This document shows positions 56,784 through 64,000 of a DNA stretch of 64,000 nt, in pieces. This DNA is from a virus (taxonomy: Duplodnaviria; Caudoviricetes): the IMG/VR virus record IMGVR_UViG_3300035492_000236; one strand, written 5' to 3'. The position numbers and the translations under genes are program-made. Below the pieces are notes generated by a model. That model saw nothing but the letters and a program-made list of their open reading frames with translations. It had not been told where the DNA came from and searched no databases. The first letter of the stretch is position 1, and each line of letters begins with the position of its first letter.

Positions 56784-58760
56784 TTATCTCACAATGTGTT
56801 GGGTTAACAGGTCGAGGTTGCCGACGTATTTCAAATTGTCACTATCGATGAACAACTCCCCATTTTCCAATCCCAGTTGAGACCGCGAGATGTTATACAT
56901 GGCCAGTAACACGATACCGTTAACGGACGTTGGTTTGGGCTTGCGCTTAATCAAATCTTGCAATGCAGTGAATCCTTCAATATTCTCTGGCGATTCAGGA
57001 TCCACACCCGACGCCCACAAACTAACCCGAATCGACGTTTTCACATCTTCATTGAGGTCGCACGTCGGCTGCTCCAACAGTATCAGTACCTGACTGCGGA
57101 TTGCTATGAAGCGCCAGACGGTCTCACAAAGTTGGTACAACGTGTCGGGCCGCCACTTTGCGGTTTTGGTTAGCAACCCTGCATTGAACAAAGTGCTGAT
57201 GCCGACTGTAGTGTGCGCAGGCAAGCTGATAGCATTCTGCCGCAGTCTGTTCCCGAGCCGATCTACGTCGATCGTTAGAGTTAACAGAGCATGTTCACCA
57301 TCGTTGAAGGTCAGCTTACCCTCGCTAGTTACCTCCACCTCAACGCCTGCCATTATCGTAGTGTAAACTTCCCCCGCAATCGCAAGATCATCATTGAATG
57401 TGAGCTCTAACGTCGTTTCGTCCACATCTACCGAGACATGGAAAGCTAGCCGGTCGACGTGCACCATGTTGTACAGTAGAATCGGCAGTACCTCAGGCAC
57501 GAACGTTAGTGTGGATGTAACCATGACCTCCTGGACGATGCCGGGGATCGGCGGGACTTCCCGCACCCTGTCGAGATTGACTTCGGTGGCACTTTCAAGG
57601 TCACGAATCGCCAACTCCTGCTCCACGTAAGCGGCGGCAGAATGTCGCCGCTTGACCACTGAAAGATCTTCCCAACCACTAACCGAGTAACCGATTTGTT
57701 GTGCCAATTGCGCGTAGTCGTTATCGTCACCAGCCGCCCTGAGGTCGTTTAGTGTCCATGGCCCATATTCAACCATGTGTTTGACAATCGCGTTTGGCAC
57801 AAACCGGTAAATGCCGTCCTCGGATACTTGCACGCGCTGAATGGGGTGCTTGGTGGCGCGACGAAACGTCTCGTCACCGGAATACGTCAGCGAAACCTCA
57901 CCATTAATGCGTTCCAGCTGATTGTCAGCTGCGATCCTTGACAATATCGCCTTCCTACATAGCCTCTCCTCGTCAATGTCACAGTCAAGGTGGTCTGGCG
58001 GCCCTAACTGGACTTTGTCGGACGGTCGAGTGGGTGGCGTCACACTATCCGTAAAGAACGGTCCAAATGTACTCTTACGAATATTCGCAAGTTCCAAATA
58101 GGGGACAACTTTCCCAGCGGCCATCTGCTCGAACCGATCGGAGAGCATGTTGAGTCGAGCCGCACTCATCCGAAAGTGATCTGCTGCGGACTGTCCTTCA
58201 GGCAGTGTGTCCTTCAGGTGATGTTTGACCAGCCGACCCGTAGGGCCCAGTGCATACACTTCAAACTCTTCCGGTTGCTCTTCAGTACCTTTGAGATTGG
58301 CGAATAGTGGCAGGAACTGGTCATGGTAGTCAGCACCAGCATCTGTTTGCAGTCGCACGTTATCCGTCAGGTCCTTCAGAGTGATGGGACTGATTTCCAG
58401 GATCTGCGTTTTCGGCTCCAGCAGCAGCAGCTGTCGGTGGCTACGGCCGTAGATGTCGTTGTGTGGCGTGTAAATGAGCGCATCGACTTCTTTGTGAACC
58501 TTAAGATAATTGTGCTCTTGCAGCTCATAGTTATCCCTCGACCGGTGCCAGACGCGAGGATTGGTGACCTGGTACTTGATTTTGTATGCGTGCATACCGG
58601 ATAGCCAAGGCGAAGCCCATTCGTACAAATCGTCCGACAGGTAGAACGTGCCGTCTCGAATGTCGCGATCCAACGTCTCATCGGGATCAACCCAATGGTA
58701 GCCGATTCCAATGTGAGGAACACCTGTCCTAGCATCGTCGAAACAAGTGATGGTTGTCAT
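56784..58760 (-). CDS. Multidomain (polyvalent-like) protein with an N-terminal ADP-ribosyltransferase-like domain
   Basis: 658 aa, AAGGAG SD; N-terminal G.P...YH / GTFYLSDD / YKIKYQVTNP / DALIY / QLLLLEPKTQI spacing resembles ART-PolyVal; internal HPIQ..RFVPNAIV..QLAQQIGYSVSGWEDLS module. Confidence 0.5.
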   Translation of the reverse strand: MTTITCFDDARTGVPHIGIGYHWVDPDETLDRDIRDGTFYLSDDLYEWASPWLSGMHAYKIKYQVTNPRVWHRSRDNYELQEHNYLKVHKEVDALIYTPHNDIYGRSHRQLLLLEPKTQILEISPITLKDLTDNVRLQTDAGADYHDQFLPLFANLKGTEEQPEEFEVYALGPTGRLVKHHLKDTLPEGQSAADHFRMSAARLNMLSDRFEQMAAGKVVPYLELANIRKSTFGPFFTDSVTPPTRPSDKVQLGPPDHLDCDIDEERLCRKAILSRIAADNQLERINGEVSLTYSGDETFRRATKHPIQRVQVSEDGIYRFVPNAIVKHMVEYGPWTLNDLRAAGDDNDYAQLAQQIGYSVSGWEDLSVVKRRHSAAAYVEQELAIRDLESATEVNLDRVREVPPIPGIVQEVMVTSTLTFVPEVLPILLYNMVHVDRLAFHVSVDVDETTLELTFNDDLAIAGEVYTTIMAGVEVEVTSEGKLTFNDGEHALLTLTIDVDRLGNRLRQNAISLPAHTTVGISTLFNAGLLTKTAKWRPDTLYQLCETVWRFIAIRSQVLILLEQPTCDLNEDVKTSIRVSLWASGVDPESPENIEGFTALQDLIKRKPKPTSVNGIVLLAMYNISRSQLGLENGELFIDSDNLKYVGNLDLLTQHIVR

Positions 58761-58804
58761 GTGAAGCTCCTTTTATTTACCGCTACAGTATTAAGTAGGC
58801 GCAT

Positions 58805-58832
58805 AAAAAACTAGGAGACCGAGGTCTCCTAG
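58805..58832 (-). terminator. Hairpin plus U-tract in the leader of the 658-aa gene
   Basis: CTAGGAGAC/GTCTCCTAG stem followed by T6 on the - strand. Confidence 0.65.
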
Positions 58833-58842
58833 CATTCGTTTT

Positions 58843-58856
58843 GATAATATATGTCT
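58843..58856 (-). promoter_or_regulatory. Degenerate copy of the AT-rich motif (AGACATATATTATC)
   Basis: Similar to AGATATATATCATC with mismatches. Confidence 0.3.
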
Positions 58857-58859
58857 GTC

Positions 58860-59963
58860 TTACAGTGGGATGTTTTTCCAGCTGGTTAAGGGTGAGCCGC
58901 TAACTGCATAGCCAAACCTAGACCCATCGAGAAAAGGTGCCAGAAGTGGATCTGACGTTAGATCTATCGTGAAACTGTAGGGTGTGCCTGGATCCGTTCC
59001 GAGTACTGCGCCAGTTACGCTGAGAGTATTCCCGGCTCGAGTGACCGTAACTTCACGTCCAGAAATACCGTCCCAATTATAAGGTCCTGTGGTTGAATAC
59101 TTAATGTCAAGTAACGCGGTGTTTGCTTGTAATGGGTTATATCGGATACCCCACTCTGGCCCGTCAACAACACCCTCAGATACATCGACACGAACCGACA
59201 GCACGTGCTCATTACCTTGCGCATCCATGGCAAACATGGCAACGACATCGACTGGTAATCCGCCATTACCACCAGACTTGATGAGAGTTTTAAATGTGTA
59301 GTGCGTCCCCAACTTGGCTGATACGATGCCAACGTAAGAGCTCGGGTTTGCATCGTAAGTTATTTGGTTATTGACAGCATCGTATTGAAATCCGGTGAGT
59401 TCGCTGGCAATGGCCGGAAAGAGGCCGGAAGTATTGTGTGAGAATCGGTAGCCATCCACAATTAAATCGCTGGGATTCACCATGCGATAATCGGGGAGAA
59501 ATTCGATATTGCCAGTGTAGACCAAGCCATTGAATTGCAGTTGGTAACTGTCAGGTTCTGTATGGGCAACTACCTTGGCTTCATCGCCGACATTTAAGCC
59601 GAACTTGGTAAGCAGATGGAGATGTAAGTCTTGGCTGACTGCAGGCAGTCCCAACGCTCCCGCGAATACGTCCTGGTAGTCAGTGGAATACCGCCGCTGC
59701 GCGCCCGCCACCTGCCCGTCCTGATCAATGAGACTGAATAAATGATCCACGTCGATGCGATCGTATTCGAACGTGACGTAGTCCCCGTCGACCTCAGAAG
59801 GGTCGATTAACAGGTCCACGTCCACCTCAGTGGTGGTTGGCGGCAGTGTGGTCACTAAATTGCGGGTACTGATGTCATCTTTGGTGAGTGGTGGCAGGTT
59901 AGGGTTAGCACTGCGCAACATATCGATGAAGATGTCAGTGGGGTGTCTGGATATATCTATCAT
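58860..59963 (-). CDS. Virion structural protein with C-terminal lectin-like module shared with the tail fibres
   Basis: N-terminal ..ANP.....FEYDRIDVDHLF domain recalled from phiKZ-like virion proteins; C-terminal YRFSH...VGIVS...NEHVLS...RFGY..SWKNI aligns by eye with fibres 1 and 3. Confidence 0.65.
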   Translation of the reverse strand: MIDISRHPTDIFIDMLRSANPNLPPLTKDDISTRNLVTTLPPTTTEVDVDLLIDPSEVDGDYVTFEYDRIDVDHLFSLIDQDGQVAGAQRRYSTDYQDVFAGALGLPAVSQDLHLHLLTKFGLNVGDEAKVVAHTEPDSYQLQFNGLVYTGNIEFLPDYRMVNPSDLIVDGYRFSHNTSGLFPAIASELTGFQYDAVNNQITYDANPSSYVGIVSAKLGTHYTFKTLIKSGGNGGLPVDVVAMFAMDAQGNEHVLSVRVDVSEGVVDGPEWGIRYNPLQANTALLDIKYSTTGPYNWDGISGREVTVTRAGNTLSVTGAVLGTDPGTPYSFTIDLTSDPLLAPFLDGSRFGYAVSGSPLTSWKNIPL

Positions 59964-59972
59964 AACTCAAGC

Positions 59973-59993
59973 TCCTATGGTGTGTGCATAGGA
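59973..59993 (-). promoter_or_regulatory. TATG late-type promoter embedded in an SD-sequestering hairpin
   Basis: - strand TCCTATG-CACACAC-CATAGGA-G; the SD AGGAG lies mostly in the 3' arm. Confidence 0.45.
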
Positions 59994-60012
59994 TTTACTT
60001 GGACACACTTAC

Positions 60013-60044
60013 AAAAAAAAAAGAGATGGCACTGCGCCATCTCT
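60013..60044 (-). terminator. Intrinsic terminator
   Basis: AGAGATGGC/GCCATCTCT stem followed by T10 on the - strand. Confidence 0.8.
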
Positions 60045-60064
60045 ATACCATTTACTTTTTTAGG

Positions 60065-60289
60065 TTAAAGATCTTCGTCGATCAGTAGCTGCTCGAACAT
60101 TTCCACGCCGCGATTGCGGATACGATCATGCAGATCCGTGGCCTGTTTATGGTCGATATGGAGTGTATCCATGATCTCTTGGATCTGATTTTCCCGCACG
60201 GTCCAGTCTGCATCATCATCGCCATTAACATCAGTGGCCACGCCGTAAACAATGATATCCAGTATGGCTTCTTTACTTAACTTAAGCAT
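60065..60289 (-). CDS. Small acidic hypothetical protein
   Basis: 74 aa, AAGGAG SD. Confidence 0.6.
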   Translation of the reverse strand: MLKLSKEAILDIIVYGVATDVNGDDDADWTVRENQIQEIMDTLHIDHKQATDLHDRIRNRGVEMFEQLLIDEDL

Positions 60290-60308
60290 GGTACGCTCCT
60301 TGACACAT

Positions 60309-60331
60309 AAAAGGGCGATCCGTAGACCGCC
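60309..60331 (-). terminator. Hairpin plus short U-tract
   Basis: GGCGGTC-TACG-GATCGCC followed by CTTTT on the - strand. Confidence 0.5.
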
Positions 60332-60338
60332 GACAAGT

Positions 60339-60947
60339 TTAGGCTTCTCTTCTTTTTACCTGCGCCAGTTTACTAAGCAGGTTACGATCGATGTTGATTC
60401 GTGCCTTGACCTCAATACCCATCGGGGTGGACAGTTGAGGTGTTTCGATCCAGCAGGCCTCGAATTCATCGTCCGTACTTACCACCGTCTGTGCCGAATA
60501 CAGATCGTAGCGGCGATCAATCGCAGAGGTAACCGCATTGACAAACACCAACGCGTTGTTGAAGAACTCGTTGTCACTTTCGCTAACATGCGTGACGCCT
60601 GCGGCGTACTGACCGTCATGGGTGAGCTTATCGTGCTGATTGATAGTTACCTCCACTGCAAAGCTCACCGGCAGTTCAACACCCAAGTACAACACCGGAC
60701 CACCGATGATGAGTTTGTGTCCATGTGGCGCAAGGCGACCCACACCACCGATCCGATGAATGACGTTCTTTATTTCGGGGCGACATTTGAGGAACTCGAT
60801 GCCGTGTTCGACCGCCTGCAAGATGGCGGCCGTTCGACCACCGCCGTATCCGAGCTGTCGGAACCATTGTCGCATCGCGCGCTCATCGCGGGTCTGATCG
60901 GAAAGGGCATCTTTGACGTACTGGGTGAGTGCCATGTTGAAAGACAT
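60339..60947 (-). CDS. Hypothetical protein
   Basis: 202-aa ORF in a co-directional block. Confidence 0.6.
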   Translation of the reverse strand: MSFNMALTQYVKDALSDQTRDERAMRQWFRQLGYGGGRTAAILQAVEHGIEFLKCRPEIKNVIHRIGGVGRLAPHGHKLIIGGPVLYLGVELPVSFAVEVTINQHDKLTHDGQYAAGVTHVSESDNEFFNNALVFVNAVTSAIDRRYDLYSAQTVVSTDDEFEACWIETPQLSTPMGIEVKARINIDRNLLSKLAQVKRREA

Positions 60948-60962
60948 GTGTAATCCTTATAG

Positions 60963-61289
60963 TTAAGCTTCAATGAAAATGGGTGCATTGCACTTACGCT
61001 CAATACACTCCCGCACTTGGTAATGTCGTGTAAGATACAAACGTTTACGTTCAGGGAGTAACCCAGTTTTTCCGAGATAACGAGTCAACCACTCGAACGG
61101 GTACTGTTGTCGAGCTAGTCGCGGGAAGTCACGACGACAGATAAGTTCCGAAATGATGTCCGGCACCTCCATGCCAAAGGTTGTGGCCACATCCCGAATG
61201 ACCATATGGATTTCGTGTAGGTGGTCGGGATAAAGCGCTGCCTGTTTCTTCAGTAACATATCCTTAATCGCCCAGTCTGAATTCGACAA
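60963..61289 (-). CDS. Hypothetical protein
   Basis: 108-aa ORF; exact start uncertain. Confidence 0.5.
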   Translation of the reverse strand: MSNSDWAIKDMLLKKQAALYPDHLHEIHMVIRDVATTFGMEVPDIISELICRRDFPRLARQQYPFEWLTRYLGKTGLLPERKRLYLTRHYQVRECIERKCNAPIFIEA

Positions 61290-61803
61290 TGAGGCATTCA
61301 GGGACAGCCACCGTCACCATCTTAAACCGACGACTGTAGGAGATCTCAATGGCCTCACCACCACCTTTCATGTAATCCCGTTCTAACATTCGTACGTAAA
61401 TGGCATTACAGTAGATGTCACGGTGTTCAGTGAACAACAGGTCTTTTGCACGCTGCATGGCCCGCGACGGTATGTCGTGCAGACCCACCGACCCCGGTTG
61501 GATGATTGCCAACCCGTAACCATCGGCCCCTTCTAACTCATCGAACTTTTTCAACCGTCCCACGAAGTCAGGGTGGGCATGACTGAACGCAATCACGCCG
61601 CCGTCAATAACCGCGGCATGAACCGGCAGCCGCTCAAAGCTGGGGTAATGTTTACGGATTGCCTCAATGGCTTCCAGCGGTGTCATGGAGACGCCTGGTT
61701 TGAATGTAGCATGGACTACACCACTGAACGAGGCACAGCTCGCCAGATGGTCTTCCACGTCGTTGATGTACTGTTCAGCAACGTATTCTACTTTAGCGTT
61801 CAT
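61264..61803 (-). CDS. Hypothetical protein
   Basis: 179 aa, AAGGAG SD. Confidence 0.65.
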   Translation of the reverse strand: MNAKVEYVAEQYINDVEDHLASCASFSGVVHATFKPGVSMTPLEAIEAIRKHYPSFERLPVHAAVIDGGVIAFSHAHPDFVGRLKKFDELEGADGYGLAIIQPGSVGLHDIPSRAMQRAKDLLFTEHRDIYCNAIYVRMLERDYMKGGGEAIEISYSRRFKMVTVAVPECLIVEFRLGD

Positions 61804-62435
61804 GAGTTCTCCTTATAATAACGATAGGCGGTGAATAGCGACATGTAAATCATCATAGGAGTCAACACACACCAGACCAACAACTCAACGGACTCTGCCT
61901 GCTGATCCAGGGAGTGCTTGGTGGAAGCGATCAGCATCATCCACGACGTTAGCAACAACACATACCACTGTCGTCGCAGGTTCAATAGTACTGTCGAGAT
62001 CGCCGCCGCACCCACACCTACCATCAAGCAGTAAAGGGTATTGATGTTGTTATCGAGACCGTAAGGGATCACTGCGGTAGACAGCATGGCAGTGATTAGG
62101 ATTTCATTGGCCACGTCTCGGTGTTGTGCTAACTGTTGATTGACGGGCACGCTCCAGCGAATGAATAACGCCAACGTAATTGGCATTACAAACACCGGCC
62201 CGGCCACAGACATATCGCCAGACATGGCCCAGGCTATCAGCAGAGCCAGGTACAAAAGTCCACCCACGCTATAAAACACCGTTGCCACTGGTCCCTGTCT
62301 CGCGGTTGCCAGTATCAGCCCGCAGGATGCGGGGGCGTATAGCAGTGCCAAGTTACCCAGCTGGGTACATACTGCTGCGATCGCTAACAGCATCGCCCAA
62401 TGCGCCTGCGTTATATGCCATTCGGTTGTCTTCAC
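61800..62435 (-). CDS. Polytopic membrane protein (~6 TM)
   Basis: Several hydrophobic segments; likely GTG start after TATCTTGGAG. Confidence 0.65.
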   Translation of the reverse strand: MKTTEWHITQAHWAMLLAIAAVCTQLGNLALLYAPASCGLILATARQGPVATVFYSVGGLLYLALLIAWAMSGDMSVAGPVFVMPITLALFIRWSVPVNQQLAQHRDVANEILITAMLSTAVIPYGLDNNINTLYCLMVGVGAAAISTVLLNLRRQWYVLLLTSWMMLIASTKHSLDQQAESVELLVWCVLTPMMIYMSLFTAYRYYKENS

Positions 62436-62454
62436 TGTGTCCTCCAAGATAATA

Positions 62455-62479
62455 AGACCACTAACATAAGAAGTGGTCT
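62455..62479 (-). terminator. Intergenic hairpin
   Basis: AGACCACT/AGTGGTCT stem with a 9-nt loop, abutting TATTATCTTGGAG. Confidence 0.4.
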
Positions 62480-62491
62480 ACTATTGTTTTT

Positions 62492-63028
62492 TTACAGGCG
62501 GCTCAATCTGGTCAGTCTCGGCAGGTTCTTGAAGCACCGCCTGCGCTTGAGTTCTTGACACAACTCCGTCATCGGTAAGATATCGTAGTTCTCCGTGCGG
62601 ATCAGTGATACTTGACTGAGCAGATCCAACGCACCCTTGATGTCGTCGTTGCTAAGGTGCATTGCGACGTGGGCAGCGGATGCCCGTACTTCAAACATCA
62701 CAATAAACCGGGTGGAGTAGGGTAGCACCGACGGGATAGTGGCGTTGACGTAATGCCGGTCTTCCGGGATCAGCTTGACGTCGTACAGCGTGCCATCGTG
62801 GCGCAACAGTGCCCCGCGAAGGATACCAGGTAACGCACCCGTGTCACGCGCTTTGAAATTCCCCACTAACAGGTTCCATACGTTGAACGACACGATATCC
62901 AGCGGCAGAAACAGCCCGTAAGGTGTGAACAGCGACTCCCGTTTCAGGTCGATGTACTCCGCGGACAAGCCAGCAATTCGCTTAGGTACAGTGAGATGGG
63001 TTTCGTTTGCAATGATAACGCCAGACAT
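62492..63028 (-). CDS. Hypothetical protein
   Basis: 178 aa, TAATG-coupled. Confidence 0.6.
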   Translation of the reverse strand: MSGVIIANETHLTVPKRIAGLSAEYIDLKRESLFTPYGLFLPLDIVSFNVWNLLVGNFKARDTGALPGILRGALLRHDGTLYDVKLIPEDRHYVNATIPSVLPYSTRFIVMFEVRASAAHVAMHLSNDDIKGALDLLSQVSLIRTENYDILPMTELCQELKRRRCFKNLPRLTRLSRL

Positions 63029-63522
63029 TAGACGGTCTCCATGGGTTCTAAATTAGCGGCGTGGACAATGTCTACACCAGTTCCTTGCAGCTCCCCGAAC
63101 TCACCTGCGAGCTTTACTGCGGCATGCGGCTCAAGACCGGCCAGGTATGCCACCATGGCTGCTTGTCCGCCAGTCCCTGCCCAGCGACGACGGTCGTGTC
63201 CTAGCTCGCACAATCCATTATCATCTAAATAAAATGAACTGTCATGCGTCAGAATGAAGTACTCATCTTCACCATTCGCCAGCAGTGCCAGCCACTCTTT
63301 GTTCAGCGGCTGATTTGCGTAATGGGCACCCACCAACTCCCGTATCTTCTTTACTCGGTCACGAATCACTCGTGTGGCAGGGTAGGAACCCAAGATACCT
63401 ACCGCCACACGTTGGTCTTCCGACAAGAACAGTTTGGGTACGTCTTCTTTGATCTCATTGGAACCTGCCCAGATCGTACTATCCATGGCTAAAAACCCGT
63501 CGGCCAGTATTGCTGTGGTCAT
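63028..63522 (-). CDS. Ntn-hydrolase / proteasome-beta (HslV)-like protein
   Basis: Start M-TTAILADG.LAMDS (exposed N-terminal Thr) and WAGTGGQAAM...G....AAVKLA segment. Confidence 0.55.
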   Translation of the reverse strand: MTTAILADGFLAMDSTIWAGSNEIKEDVPKLFLSEDQRVAVGILGSYPATRVIRDRVKKIRELVGAHYANQPLNKEWLALLANGEDEYFILTHDSSFYLDDNGLCELGHDRRRWAGTGGQAAMVAYLAGLEPHAAVKLAGEFGELQGTGVDIVHAANLEPMETV

Positions 63523-63556
63523 TGAAACTCCAAGATAAAAAATAAAACATAGCAAG

Positions 63557-63580
63557 GGGAGGCGGTCGAAACCACCTCCC
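63557..63580 (-). terminator. Hairpin with UUCG loop before an AT-rich leader
   Basis: GGGAGGTGGT-TTCG-ACCGCCTCCC followed by CTTGCTATGTTTTATTTTTATCTTGGAG on the - strand. Confidence 0.6.
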
Positions 63581-63589
63581 AGTCGACTG

Positions 63590-63919
63590 TTAGTACCGCT
63601 CGATCACCGACATGGACGTTCTGCCGTCAGTGGTGGTGTCTTTACGAGGCGAACGTTTCACATTCACCTCCACTTCCCCGGCTGCTGCATTCACAGACAA
63701 CAGCAGGCTATCGCCGGCCGCGACGTCGTGCTTCTTGCTATCGAACGCGATGACAATGGACTTCAACGCACCGAAGGCCGCCAGTGGGCCTTCCTTGGGC
63801 GACATGTCAGGATCGATCGCCAGAGTGACGTCACCTTTACTGACACGCACTACTTTGGCAGTGTGTACGCCATGCTCATCAGCGGGAAACAGGGGAAGCA
63901 GTTCTTTCGAGATAGTCAT
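63590..63919 (-). CDS. Hypothetical protein (possible small beta-barrel/OB-like fold)
   Basis: 109 aa, beta-rich pattern; TAATG-coupled. Confidence 0.55.
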   Translation of the reverse strand: MTISKELLPLFPADEHGVHTAKVVRVSKGDVTLAIDPDMSPKEGPLAAFGALKSIVIAFDSKKHDVAAGDSLLLSVNAAAGEVEVNVKRSPRKDTTTDGRTSMSVIERY

Positions 63920-64000
63920 TATACAGTTCCTTCTACTTGGTTGGTGTTGGAGTTGGTGTTGTTGGAGGCTTCCGCAGCCGCAAGTGCGTCACGGATGGCT
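63919..64000 (-). CDS. 3' end of a gene extending beyond the window
   Basis: Reads ...AIRDALAAAEASNNTNSNTNQVEGTV*, with TAA overlapping the next ATG. Confidence 0.5.
   Translation of the reverse strand, partial: AIRDALAAAEASNNTNSNTNQVEGTV

Noticed and set aside
8506-60044. Repeated GAGGAGGGCACTGCCCTCCTC-type hairpins as a CRISPR or REP-like repeat
   Set aside because: Only 2 identical copies plus 1 related copy, widely dispersed and flanked by A/T tracts at gene ends; better explained as terminators.
60800-60860. GYGGGRT as a degenerate P-loop in the 202-aa protein
   Set aside because: Lacks the GK[ST] lysine and any Walker B context.
1-64000. Genome-wide TGA recoding suggested by the in-frame TGA at 56522
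   Set aside because: Well-supported genes end in TGA at expected lengths (RecA, SbcC, 13704-14144, 25665-26303), so the standard code 11 applies.

Overview
This window looks like part of a phiKZ-like jumbo phage genome (nucleus-forming, Chimalliviridae-type), at roughly 50-55% GC by eye. All assignments come from motif recognition and synteny with phiKZ as I recall it; no database searches were run. The + strand blocks are late/virion genes: a gp181-like tail protein with a lytic transglycosylase domain (open at the window's left edge), a gp182-like protein, gp153/157/158/164-like structural proteins, and four paralogous tail-fibre-like genes with a Tfa-like chaperone and an M15 peptidase. 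The - strand blocks carry a virion RNAP beta-subunit fragment (gp149-like), RecA/UvsX, RNase H, a DEDD exonuclease, SbcC/Rad50, a spanin-like pair, an exported SLT muramidase and Tmk. They also carry a dense accessory region of mostly unknown genes (about 47.9-64 kb). No CRISPR array, tRNA, integrase, transposase or reverse transcriptase was seen. The most interesting candidates are: (1) a dispersed ADP-ribose write/erase set (an ART-like domain on a 658-aa multidomain protein, NADAR, DarG-like macrodomain, NUDIX, SLOG); (2) an SD-sequestering hairpin whose 5' arm would be removed by late TATG-promoter initiation; (3) a lectin-like module shared by two tail fibres and a distant virion protein; (4) a translationally coupled gene interrupted by one in-frame TGA; (5) an orphan promoter copy firing straight into a terminator; and (6) a recurrent hairpin/U-tract/TATCTTGGAG leader cassette.
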